Source: an uncultured Acidobacteriota bacterium (GTDB lineage: Bacteria > Acidobacteriota > UBA6911). From it: a DNA stretch of 64,000 bases. Under the pieces are notes generated by a model. It searched no databases and had not been told where the DNA came from. It was given only the letters and a program-made list of their open reading frames with translations. The stretch lies in assembly GCA_963809485.1 (NCBI GenBank), contig CAWEJX010000001.1, forward strand, positions 192,001 through 256,000, written 5' to 3'. A program made the position numbers and the translations under genes. This document shows, one piece after another, positions 51,617-61,004 of this stretch (position 1 is its first letter; the number at the start of each line of letters is the position of its first letter).

Positions 51617-52333
51617 CTATTCAAAAATCCGGTTCAGGGCCTGGTAGTCGGCGTGCATCACGGAAATGGCGTTTTCGACCGTTTTCCTGTCATCGCTCCG
51701 GACAACCGATTCCAGCGCATCAACCGACCGGGAAAGCTTTGCCCTGGCGGCTTCAAATTCTGCTTCTTTCTGCCTCAGGCGCTCGGGCAAACTGCTTTGG
51801 TTCAAGGCGGCCATTTTCTGCTTCAGTTCGGCAGCGGAAGCCCGGATTTTTTCAATATCATAGTCCGGCAGGTAATAGTGAAACAGCATGTACAGAACGG
51901 CGTGGAATTCGTCGAGTTCCTTCAGCGCCGGTCGGGTAATGCGCATAAGCGCTTCGAACTGGCTGTGAAGCCGTTCGGCCGAAGCCAGCAGTGCGGTGTC
52001 ATCCCGGGCGCCCGCAGCCCCCTTGTATTCGGACCCGACAGCCTGCAGCTTCCTTACGCCTTCTTCCCAGGCGGCCTTCTTCTCTCTCAGGATGCCCGGC
52101 AGCTGTGCAGAAGCCACATCGGAAATTCCTTTTTCAACCTCAGGCAGCAACTGCCGCAGCAGCGCAACATTTTTTTCCGGCCAGGCTTCGTGCCAGATTT
52201 TGTATATAACCTCGTGAAAGGAATCCAGCGCGGGAACCCTTGCGGTTGCATCAGCGGGTCGCTGTGCGTACGCGAAAGTGAAGGCAATGCACAGCGTGAA
52301 CAAAGATATCAAACAGCGTCTTCTTGCCAACAT
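51617..52333 (-). CDS. Exported all-helical protein with an internal duplication carrying conserved His residues
   Basis: Signal peptide AYA-Q; two copies of LD.FH.V.Y...H...P ... LP..LR.K ... H..(F/Y).AL; AGGAGG SD. Confidence 0.8.
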   Translation of the reverse strand: MLARRRCLISLFTLCIAFTFAYAQRPADATARVPALDSFHEVIYKIWHEAWPEKNVALLRQLLPEVEKGISDVASAQLPGILREKKAAWEEGVRKLQAVGSEYKGAAGARDDTALLASAERLHSQFEALMRITRPALKELDEFHAVLYMLFHYYLPDYDIEKIRASAAELKQKMAALNQSSLPERLRQKEAEFEAARAKLSRSVDALESVVRSDDRKTVENAISVMHADYQALNRIFE

Positions 52334-52379
52334 CCTGGTTCCTCCTGGAACGGTTTTTTTGCAAACTCCCTGGTTAAAT

Positions 52380-53228
52380 TTATTTGTCAGCCAGTTTGTT
52401 AGGCATCCGGCCGAATTCATAATAGCGGTGCTGAACGTCTGAACCCGTAACCGCCACTGCGCGAATTCCTGAGCCCTCTTCGCCAAACGGCATGGCGATC
52501 GGTCCTGTCGCGACAGCTTCCAGCTCCCGGTATTTTCCAGCTGAATTCTGGTGGACATGCCCGGCAAAGACGTACCGCACTCCATAGCTGTACAGCAGCT
52601 CCAGCATGGACTGCCGGCGGTCCAGGGGAATGTTCCCCCATTGGGCCGGCTCCTGGGAGTCCTTGAGAAAATAGGGATGGTGCTGAAAAACCATTATGTG
52701 CAGAGCGCCCGATGCCTTGGCGGTTTGCAGTTCCTTCTTGAGCCAGGAATCCTGCTGCTCAGATTCAGCCATTGCGTTCTTCGGCTCGATGATGAGGTTC
52801 GAGTTCAGAACGATACCGTATACGGGGCCGGCGCGAAAAGAATAATAATCCCGGCCGATATTTTTGCGATAGGCCGCCAGTGTTTCCGGATTGGGGGCGG
52901 GACCCACGTCATGGTTGCCGGCAACATAATAGATGGGTATGAAGGGGTCGATAGTGCGCGATATCCGCAGAAACTCATGCATCTGTTCCATGTCGCCCGC
53001 CTTGTTGACAAGATCTCCAAGCACGACGACAAATTCAGGCTTCAGCCGGTTGATCGTCGCAACGGCAAATTCGTAACTGGCAGCTTCCTGGGCAAAGTTT
53101 TTGTCAGCCGCATGCATGCCGAGCTGAGTATCGGCAATGACTAGAAAATGATACGGCTGTGCCTGCCCGAAACCGGACAGCACCCGAACGATTATGAATC
53201 CAAGGAACAAGGCGGTTCTGTACACCAT
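52380..53228 (-). CDS. Calcineurin-like metallophosphoesterase (CPPED1-like), exported
   Basis: ADTQLG, GDL, GNHD, HHP, GHVH. Confidence 0.9.
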   Translation of the reverse strand: MVYRTALFLGFIIVRVLSGFGQAQPYHFLVIADTQLGMHAADKNFAQEAASYEFAVATINRLKPEFVVVLGDLVNKAGDMEQMHEFLRISRTIDPFIPIYYVAGNHDVGPAPNPETLAAYRKNIGRDYYSFRAGPVYGIVLNSNLIIEPKNAMAESEQQDSWLKKELQTAKASGALHIMVFQHHPYFLKDSQEPAQWGNIPLDRRQSMLELLYSYGVRYVFAGHVHQNSAGKYRELEAVATGPIAMPFGEEGSGIRAVAVTGSDVQHRYYEFGRMPNKLADK

Positions 53229-53323
53229 AGCTCTCCCCCATTGTCAGAGGCCATGAATGCATCGTTCAGATACACCAATCCCCCCGCAAAGAAAACCAAA
53301 AATTTTCAGGAATTCAACGCGGC

Positions 53324-53677
53324 TCAATAGGCTTTTTTAGCAAGCAGGTTAAACCGCTCTTCTACAATCCTGTTAGCCTGCTCACGGTCCTTTACGGATT
53401 CCAGAGTTTGAGCCAGTTTATCGTCGCCCACAACATCCCTGATCCAATTGGTGAAATCTTTTTTTACGTCATTGGAATGATAGGCAAAGGTCTGGTCCGA
53501 CATCGCGCCCAGGGCTTCACTGAGTTCTCTTATATCCCTGAACAGTTTGCCGTCGTTGCACCAGAAGGCATTTGCTTCGGGCACAGGAGCCAGGAACTTT
53601 AGAGCCTGGCTCTTGGTGATACGGGATGTGCGGGACGCAGAGGCGTTCTGGGATTTTGGTTTTATTTTATTGGCCAT
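53324..53677 (-). CDS. DUF5752-like small protein
   Basis: AFWCNDG...L..MSD.TF.YH....KDF.NWIRDV.GD..LA. Confidence 0.65.
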   Translation of the reverse strand: MANKIKPKSQNASASRTSRITKSQALKFLAPVPEANAFWCNDGKLFRDIRELSEALGAMSDQTFAYHSNDVKKDFTNWIRDVVGDDKLAQTLESVKDREQANRIVEERFNLLAKKAY

Positions 53678-54021
53678 GGCGAAGCTGCACTCCTATGAAT
53701 ACCATGTCACAACCTGGCGCTTTACATCCATATTTTTCCTGAAATTCTTCCGGAAGACAAGTTCGGGATGCAAAGCATTCAGATGCGGGCTTTTACAAAG
53801 ACCGTACTCTGCTCATTGCCTGCCGGAAACCGAAACTCGAGAAAAGGATTCGTCTTAAAGCCCACAACTCGGACCCACATTTCCCCTGATAAAATATCCG
53901 ATTCTTCACGGTCAAATCAGGGTATAATAGAACCATTAATGTAACATTAGGGCGTTGTGCCTGCCTTCCCCTCAGCATTTCGCTCCAAATAAGTTATAGA
54001 ATCCTATAGGGAGCCAAGTAT

Positions 54022-55263
54022 ATGAAGATATCTATCCATATTGTTTTGCTAATAATGTGCATTGCCGCCATTCCGGCCTGGGCGTGGGCTCAGGATTCCG
54101 GAATAATCATTTATGGACAGAGCAAGGGCAACAGCGACCAGTGTTCGCTATTGCCGGGGCATGGAACACTGAAGTCGGCTTTGGAGGAAGCAGTGCGGGC
54201 AGAGGAGACGGGGCTCAATCTTCACATGTGGGCAACCGTCGTGGACCGCAATGGGGTGGTCTGCGCTGTGGCCTTCTCCGGAACGGACCGTCAATCGCAG
54301 TGGCCCGGGAGCCGGGTGATTTCGGCACAAAAAGCCAACACAGCCAATGCGTTCAGCCTCGACTACTCTTCGAGCAGCAGCAATTCAGGCTCAACCAGCG
54401 GCCTGGCACTGTCGACGGCAAATCTTTACTCTGCCGTACAGCCCGGCGGCAGCCTGTATGGACTCCAGGAGAGCAACCCGGTGGATGTAAGCGTAGCTTA
54501 CAAGGGTCCTTCGGCCAGTTACGGGAAGTTTGACGATCCCATGGTCGGCAGCAAGATCGGCGGCATCAATGTGTTCGGGGGAGGGCTTGGCCTTTATACC
54601 ACGGGCGGGAGGCTCGTAGGAGGAGTGGGTGTAAGCGGAGACACATCCTGCGCGGACCATAGAATCGCATGGCGAGTCCGCAACATTCTCAAACTTGATA
54701 AACTCGCCGGCACAGGCGGCGTCTCCGGGGATCCGGCCCGTCCCGACAACATCGTGTTCGATATCATTCCGAATCCCAACGGCGGCACAGGCATAAGCAC
54801 AAGCGGCTTTGGCCATCCTCACTGTACCGCAAACGACGGTGATCCGTCGGAGCCTTCCCGCGGTCCGGTGAAGCCGGATTTCCAGTTTCGGTGGCGGGCG
54901 GCTCAGCCTGCATTTGGAATTCCGGTGCAGCCTCCGTTCCGGTGCTTAGCCTGGATTTCTCGCAGGATTTGGGGCGGCGTATACTTGGGCATTTCCATCC
55001 GGGCTGCAGGTTTCATCCCGAATCCATGCCCCGAATCCGATGACCATGATACCGGCCTGTACCACCTCATCCCGGGATGCGGCGAGAAAAGCGGTCCGGA
55101 TGTCTGGCCCGCCGCGCTCATGTATTTTTATAAGGACTCGAGCAAAATCCTGAGGGTTTTGAAGTTAACGCTCGTAAAAAAGGAGGGTGCCGGGCGGTAT
55201 GGTTTTCGGATCGACATCGTCGCCGCTCAGGATCGTGCCGTCGGGCCGGCGATAATAGGTTGA
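54022..55263 (+). CDS. Exported GlcG/HbpS-family heme-binding protein; the tail beyond ~54850 is probably a frameshift artefact (alternative stop 54871)
   Basis: MWATVVDRNG.VC, SRVISAQKANTANAFS, FGGGL.L, GGVGVSGDTSCADH, GFGHPHC. Confidence 0.82.
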   Translation: MKISIHIVLLIMCIAAIPAWAWAQDSGIIIYGQSKGNSDQCSLLPGHGTLKSALEEAVRAEETGLNLHMWATVVDRNGVVCAVAFSGTDRQSQWPGSRVISAQKANTANAFSLDYSSSSSNSGSTSGLALSTANLYSAVQPGGSLYGLQESNPVDVSVAYKGPSASYGKFDDPMVGSKIGGINVFGGGLGLYTTGGRLVGGVGVSGDTSCADHRIAWRVRNILKLDKLAGTGGVSGDPARPDNIVFDIIPNPNGGTGISTSGFGHPHCTANDGDPSEPSRGPVKPDFQFRWRAAQPAFGIPVQPPFRCLAWISRRIWGGVYLGISIRAAGFIPNPCPESDDHDTGLYHLIPGCGEKSGPDVWPAALMYFYKDSSKILRVLKLTLVKKEGAGRYGFRIDIVAAQDRAVGPAIIG

Positions 55264-56502
55264 AGGATAGTTCCACTTCTCTCCGGCGATTCTCGATGGA
55301 TGGCGCCTGGTTTTGAGATGACCGCCGTAGACGTAACCGACAAGCACCCGCGTCCCCTTTGGAGGCTTGTCGAGCAACTCTCGCCAGGACCGGCGTCTTT
55401 TCAATTCAGCGCCTGTCCTGATTAGACCGTCGGGAAAAAAGTAAATCGTTGTGGGGCTTGCGCTTGCAGCGCCTGCAACTTCCCTTGCGGTATCCCCGTC
55501 TTTCCCGATCTCCAAAAAGCCTTCGAAAGGCTGGACGTCGTCCATTTCGCCTAAAAGCACGCGGGTTCCCGTGGGTATCCTCGTCCAGTCCGTGATTTGA
55601 TTCCCTGCCAAACGATTGCCGTCGGGAAAGACATACACTGTCGACGGGTGGTCGTACCTCTCCCGCGCAATCTGCCAGGCAGTGTTTTGGTTGTCAATAC
55701 GCGAGGATTCAGCAGGGGCCTCGATGGGAGCCGCGGGAGTTGCGCCTTTCCCTTTTTCGGCGGCCAGAACCGGTTTGGGCTGTTTTTGAAAGAGGAACCT
55801 GAACAGTTCTCTGTCTCCGACTTTTAACCGGCCCGCATCGACATCCGGGTCCCGCGCGGGACTGGATTTTAGGCCGAGGCGCGCGCGAACATCCGGTCTA
55901 GCAAAAATCATGCCGCAGCGCTTTCGTCCGCGATGGTTGTCGTCCTGAAAACGGTTGGGCCGGCCATAGGCGACCATCGAATGGGTGAGGACGTGGTCGT
56001 CCGCAATGCCATAAATGCTTTTCATCTGATGCAGCAACTCGCGGAGAGAGGCATATTGAGCATCCTTTATGTCCCGGTTGTGATACCCCACGACCTCTAT
56101 GCCGATCGAGTAATTGTCGATGACATTATGTCCTTCCCACATGCTCCGGCCCGCGTGTTTGGCTATCTTCGTTTTGTCGATCACGCGGTACACGGTGCCT
56201 GACGGGCACACGACATAGTGTGCCAACCCATAGCGGACAACCCTGTTCAGCGATCCCTCTTCCTCGCCTTCAGTGGTGTGCAGAATGATATAACTGCCAT
56301 GGCGGCGCCAGGGACGCTTGGCGTTGAGAGGACTATAGCGGTTTTTGAACGCAATCAGGTCGGCCCTTGCAGCAACGGGAAATATCGCTGGTCCGGAGAC
56401 CGCCAGGATGGCGGCGGCCGTCTTTATAAAATTTCTCCGCGTAAAATGCGAACTGTCCGGTATTTCCGTTTGAATCACAGGAATCTCAAATCCTACATGC
56501 AT
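55165..56502 (-). CDS. Tat-exported N-acetylmuramoyl-L-alanine amidase (Amidase_2) with three C-terminal repeats
   Basis: TRRNFIK; IILHTTE, AHY, HAG.S.W, N.YSIGIE, THS. Confidence 0.85.
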   Translation of the reverse strand: MHVGFEIPVIQTEIPDSSHFTRRNFIKTAAAILAVSGPAIFPVAARADLIAFKNRYSPLNAKRPWRRHGSYIILHTTEGEEEGSLNRVVRYGLAHYVVCPSGTVYRVIDKTKIAKHAGRSMWEGHNVIDNYSIGIEVVGYHNRDIKDAQYASLRELLHQMKSIYGIADDHVLTHSMVAYGRPNRFQDDNHRGRKRCGMIFARPDVRARLGLKSSPARDPDVDAGRLKVGDRELFRFLFQKQPKPVLAAEKGKGATPAAPIEAPAESSRIDNQNTAWQIARERYDHPSTVYVFPDGNRLAGNQITDWTRIPTGTRVLLGEMDDVQPFEGFLEIGKDGDTAREVAGAASASPTTIYFFPDGLIRTGAELKRRRSWRELLDKPPKGTRVLVGYVYGGHLKTRRHPSRIAGEKWNYPSTYYRRPDGTILSGDDVDPKTIPPGTLLFYER

Positions 56503-56633
56503 TCGAACATACTTCGCACATCCCGAGCATCAAATTGTGCTAGTGAATGTTGCCAGTTATTTCCCGCGGACTCAATTTAAAACCAACCTGAAGAAGAAAA
56601 AATCATGCGCACGGCCGAGCCTGGACCCGCTTT

Positions 56634-56886
56634 TTAGAAACCCTTGGGACGGACCCAGAAACTGGCTGTCCATTTGCCGTTTCCGGGCACCCTCTGCAAT
56701 CCGGGATACTTGCCCGCATGGTTCAGATTGATTGCATTGGTAATGCCGGCCATGGGTTCGATGCAGATGAAAGCTCCGGTCTGTCCCGGGGGAGGAGCCG
56801 GCTGCCAGATTACGGCTACCGGGTACGCCGGCCGCAACAATCAGCAGCAGCAGTGATCCTACCCAGAAAACAGCCGAATTTTTCAT
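56634..56886 (-). pseudogene. Internally deleted aldose 1-epimerase remnant
   Basis: Signal-peptide start MKNSAVFW... joined out of frame to C-terminal FICIEPMAGITNA.NL.H.G.Y...W..SFWVRPKGF. Confidence 0.55.
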
Positions 56887-56976
56887 GCCTCATTATAACT
56901 CAATCCCTATTCGCAGGAATCGGATGAATTTCACAGGAATGTTGGCCCGTCTCGCAGATTCTGATACATTTCCCGC

Positions 56977-58389
56977 ATGAAGATAGCCGGGATAAGAAAG
57001 ATACACCTGATTGGAATATGCGGAACGGGGATGGCTTCCCTTGCAGCGATGCTCAAGGAAAGCGGCTATGAAGTCAGCGGCTCGGATGAGGGGGTTTACC
57101 CTCCGATGAGCGAGTTTCTGGCCCGAAGGCAGATAGAGGTCGCTCAGGGCTATGATGCCCGGAATTTGCAGCCGCAACCCGACCTCGTTATCGTGGGCAA
57201 TGCGCTGTCGCGCGGGAATCCTGAAATTGAGCATGTTCTGAACATGAGGCTGCCGTTTCTTTCCTATCCGGAAACGCTGAAAAACTTTTTCCTGCGGGAA
57301 AAAGTCCCTGTGGTCGTGACAGGCACGCACGGGAAAACAACCACAACTTCAATGATCGCCTGGGGGCTTCATTTTGCCGGGCTGCAGCCGGATTTTTTTA
57401 TCGGCGGAATCGCCGAGAATTTCCAATCGAGTTACGGCCTGGAAGGCGGCAAGGCTTTTGTCGTGGAAGGCGACGAATACGACTCGGCGTTTTTCGACAA
57501 GGGACCCAAATTCCTGCACTACCTTCCCTTCCTTGCCGTTATCGGAAACGTCGAATTCGACCACGCGGATATCTATGCGGACCTCGAATCAATCAAACTC
57601 CAGTTCCGGCGCTTCGTGAACCTTATCCCCCGGCATGGCTTCCTCGCCGTGGGTGCAGACAGCCCGGAGGCCCTGGAAGTCAGCCGGAACAGCCTTTGCC
57701 GGAAGGAGACTTTCGGATTGAACGGGGAAACCGACTGGGGAGTGCGAGCCGTTGAAATGCAGGGGGAGCGTCTTTGTTTCGACGTCCTGTACGGGAAAAA
57801 GCTCTTCCGGCGCATGCGCCTCCGAATTTATGGTGACTACAGCATTCGCAACGCCCTCGCCGCTACCGCGATCCTTCATCATATGGAAGTCCCTGAGGAT
57901 GACATCCGGGAAGCCCTGGAGTCCTTTCAAGGCGTCCGGCGCCGGCTGCAACTAAGAGCCGAGGTCCGGGGCATTCGAATCTATGAAGATTTCGCCCACC
58001 ATCCCACGGCTGTTCGCGAGACGCTGCAAGCTGTAAGAAACGCCTTCCGCCCGGAACGCGTCTGGGCCATCTATGAGCCCCGTTCGGCAACAAGCCGGCG
58101 GAATGTCTTCCAGCATGAGATTGCCGAAGCCCTCGGAATGGCCGACTGCATCGCTCTGCCCGCGCTTTTCAAGCCGGAGAAGGTGCCGGAGGCCGAGCGG
58201 CTCGATGAAAACCGGCTGATCGAGGATCTGCGCCGCATGGGACGCTCTGCCTGGAACCTTGAAACGGTGGAAGGTATAATTCAAAAGGTTTGCGAAGAAG
58301 CTCGGGCGGGTGATCTGATCGTGATCCTGTCAAACGGTGGTTTCGGAGGCATCTACGAAAAGCTTCCGGCCGCGCTCGAAAAACGTTGA
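56977..58389 (+). CDS. mpl: Murein peptide ligase Mpl (MurC family)
   Basis: IHLIGICGTGM, YPPMS, GTHGKTTT, EGDEYDSAFFDK.PKF, EFDHADIY, DFAHHPTA, EPRS, SNGGFGG. Confidence 0.9.
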   Translation: MKIAGIRKIHLIGICGTGMASLAAMLKESGYEVSGSDEGVYPPMSEFLARRQIEVAQGYDARNLQPQPDLVIVGNALSRGNPEIEHVLNMRLPFLSYPETLKNFFLREKVPVVVTGTHGKTTTTSMIAWGLHFAGLQPDFFIGGIAENFQSSYGLEGGKAFVVEGDEYDSAFFDKGPKFLHYLPFLAVIGNVEFDHADIYADLESIKLQFRRFVNLIPRHGFLAVGADSPEALEVSRNSLCRKETFGLNGETDWGVRAVEMQGERLCFDVLYGKKLFRRMRLRIYGDYSIRNALAATAILHHMEVPEDDIREALESFQGVRRRLQLRAEVRGIRIYEDFAHHPTAVRETLQAVRNAFRPERVWAIYEPRSATSRRNVFQHEIAEALGMADCIALPALFKPEKVPEAERLDENRLIEDLRRMGRSAWNLETVEGIIQKVCEEARAGDLIVILSNGGFGGIYEKLPAALEKR

Positions 58390-58433
58390 AGCGTTGCAGG
58401 AACAGCCTGCAAAACAGAAAGACAGCAGCATCA

Positions 58434-59459
58434 ATGGCAAATCAAAAGCCTTGCGGGCGCCCCTTGATTTTTTGCTTGGCCGCTTTCGCGGCCGCCATGC
58501 TCTGGAGCCAGGAGCCTCAGCCTGCCGACAGCTCGAATCAAGGCCAGGAAGCCTACAAGATCGGCGTGGAAGTGAACATGGTTCCCGTGCCAGTCACGGT
58601 TCGCAGGCCTGAAGGAGGCTTCATCAAGGGGCTTCCCAAAAATGCGTTTTATGTGTATGAGGATGGAGAACCGCAGGAAACCGTCTTTTTTGCCCAGGAA
58701 GGATTGCCTACCCGCATCGCCATTGTGCTGGACGCCAGCGGCAGCGTTCGCACGGAGTGGGGCACCATCAAGTATGCGACGAAAAAATTTGTGGAGCATC
58801 TCAAACCGGACGATGAATTTGCGCTGATCAGTTTCAATACCGAGATCCGGCTGAAAATGGACTGGGGACGTAAGACCGATCGGGTGGATCCGGTTATGAC
58901 CTCGATTTACTGCAAAGGCAACACGAAGCTGTGGGATGCCATCTGGGTAGTCTGCAACGATGTTTTCAAGGGAATATCGGACAAGAAGGCCATGATCATC
59001 ATGAGCGATGGGCTCGACAATGAAAGCGACGTCTCTTATGCCGAGGCGCTGCAGGCGGCAGTCCGGTCCGAAGCGGCTTTATATATCGTGAGCAAAACCG
59101 AGGCCATCCGCCAGCTTTTCATGTATGAGGCTTCCAGGCAGGGCGCCTATGCCAGCATTCCTCATGAGGCTTTCGTGCAGGCGGATCTTGCGCTTCGCAA
59201 GCTGGCCCATGAAACAGGCGGGCGGGTCCTGTATCCGAACAATTTCGGCCAGCTGGACAATATCTATGCCGAGGTCGATGAAGAACTGCGGAATCAGTAT
59301 ACGCTCGGCTACATTTCCACAAATACCGCCAAGGACGGTTCCTACCGGCGTATCGATGTGAGGGTCGACACAAAAGGATCTGCGGCCGTCACCACCTCGC
59401 GACCCGGATATTATGCGCCCGGCAATCCCTCCCCCTCGCCTGCCTCGAGAAACCGGTAA
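58434..59459 (+). CDS. Acidobacterial-type exported VWA-domain protein
   Basis: V.VEVNMV.VPVTV, VYEDG..Q, DASGS (MIDAS), T.LWDA, SDG.DN.S, ETGG, ELRNQY.LGY, R.GYYA. Confidence 0.88.
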   Translation: MANQKPCGRPLIFCLAAFAAAMLWSQEPQPADSSNQGQEAYKIGVEVNMVPVPVTVRRPEGGFIKGLPKNAFYVYEDGEPQETVFFAQEGLPTRIAIVLDASGSVRTEWGTIKYATKKFVEHLKPDDEFALISFNTEIRLKMDWGRKTDRVDPVMTSIYCKGNTKLWDAIWVVCNDVFKGISDKKAMIIMSDGLDNESDVSYAEALQAAVRSEAALYIVSKTEAIRQLFMYEASRQGAYASIPHEAFVQADLALRKLAHETGGRVLYPNNFGQLDNIYAEVDEELRNQYTLGYISTNTAKDGSYRRIDVRVDTKGSAAVTTSRPGYYAPGNPSPSPASRNR

Positions 59460-59652
59460 CGCGCGGCAAGCCAGTCAATAAACTGCCGGGACGAGACCGG
59501 ACTCGCGTCCGGCTATCCTTTCAGAGGCGCAGGGAAGGCCCTTTCCGGTAAAGCCGGGGATATGCCTATGCATCAAACGAACCCCAAGGCCTGACATTTT
59601 CGACGGCTCAGGAAGCCCGATGCGAAGCGTATGCAAAAAGCCCAAAAACTGC

Positions 59653-59682
59653 TTGACAGGAAGCGGACGCCCGACATAGTTT
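59653..59682 (+). promoter_or_regulatory. sigma70-type promoter
   Basis: TTGACA, then 16-18 nt, then CATAGT/TAGTTT. Confidence 0.4.
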
Positions 59683-59748
59683 CATAGGCGCCCAGCGGTA
59701 CCCTCGAATTCAAATACATCCACATCTATTTGAATTGGAGGGTTCCAG

Positions 59749-60405
59749 GTGCGCACTCCCGCTTACCTCAATCTCGAATACAGTCCATACCTCATCTCCG
59801 AAAGCTCCCCTCTGAAGGAATACAAATCCAGGGCAGGCCGAATTGAGTGGACGGATGAGGAGATCGAAGCAATTCGCGTCGCCCTGCAAAGGCTCACGTC
59901 TCTCCGGGTCATGAATGCGACGGACGCCGAGGATCTCGTGCAGGACACGTTACTCACCGTGGTTGCCAAGTGCCCGGGAATCGAATTGGAAAAAGGCCGT
60001 CTGGTATGGAGTCTGGGCATACTTCGCAAAAAAGTGGGCAACTACTATCGCAAGGCCCAAAGGTGCACATGGCAGCAGGAATGGGAGGAACATGCCCGGG
60101 AGGATCTCAGGCAGTCGGAACTCGCGCATACGCCCGAAAAGAAGATCGTCCATGAGGAACTCCAGGGTATCGTTGAAAGGATTCTAGGGCAACTGCCGGG
60201 GACACAACGCAGGGCGATGGAACTCCTGATCGCGGGCCTCGATGCCGGAGAAATTGCGAGGCAGCTTCATCCCGAGCGGTACCAGAATGTCATCAATCAC
60301 CTCTACCGCGGACGCAGAAAATTCGCGATGGAGCTGGCGAAATACGGCTACGGCCCAAACGCAAAGCCAGGGATAATCAAGAGGTTTCGGAAACAGAGAC
60401 CTTGA
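59749..60405 (+). CDS. ECF-like sigma factor (no adjacent anti-sigma)
   Basis: DAEDLVQDTL, W..GILRKK..NYYR, LP..QR, EIA...V.N.LYRGR. Confidence 0.8.
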   Translation: MRTPAYLNLEYSPYLISESSPLKEYKSRAGRIEWTDEEIEAIRVALQRLTSLRVMNATDAEDLVQDTLLTVVAKCPGIELEKGRLVWSLGILRKKVGNYYRKAQRCTWQQEWEEHAREDLRQSELAHTPEKKIVHEELQGIVERILGQLPGTQRRAMELLIAGLDAGEIARQLHPERYQNVINHLYRGRRKFAMELAKYGYGPNAKPGIIKRFRKQRP

Positions 60406-60534
60406 GCATCAGCAAAGGCGAATTTGCAGGTCCGGGTTATCCCCAAGCCTTTCAAAAACCGTAAGAACACATGGGGCCGCTCTGGCGCGGACAGCCCTAT
60501 TTCACAAAATCCCTATTCGGAGTAGAATTTTTTC

Positions 60535-60834
60535 ATGCACATTCTCTTCGAACGCACCGGAGGTTTTGCCGGGCGAAAGCTTCAGGGTTCGCTGGACTCT
60601 TCACAGCTCCCTTTGCCCCAGGCGAGGCAACTCAAGACACTGCTGAAGCAATCCGGCTTTTTTGACTTGCCGGCCGCGCTGAAATCCGGCGTAGAGGGCG
60701 CCGACCGCTTCAATTACCGGGTCACCATACGGACGGAAGATCGCAGCCATACGGTGGAAGCAAGCGACGCCGCCATTCCCGGCAAGATGCGTCCTCTGCT
60801 GGAATTTCTTACACGTACGCTTCTTGAAAGATGA
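60535..60834 (+). CDS. Emfourin-like (protealysin/M4 protease inhibitor) protein
   Basis: I.FERTGGFAG...FF.LP...AD.FNY.VTI...HTV...P..MRPL. Confidence 0.8.
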   Translation: MHILFERTGGFAGRKLQGSLDSSQLPLPQARQLKTLLKQSGFFDLPAALKSGVEGADRFNYRVTIRTEDRSHTVEASDAAIPGKMRPLLEFLTRTLLER

Positions 60835-61004
60835 ATGCAGCTGCGATCGGCAGCATGGCCTGGCGACTCAAGGATTTTGGCAGTCCAAATTAGGCAGCGC
60901 CAGCACAAGCTGAAAGCAACGCTGTCCCCTGATGGGAGGAGCAGGGCGCCAAAGCCTGTGATGCGGGTCCATCGCCGGCAACTCGGAAAGATCCGGGCTA
61001 AGAC

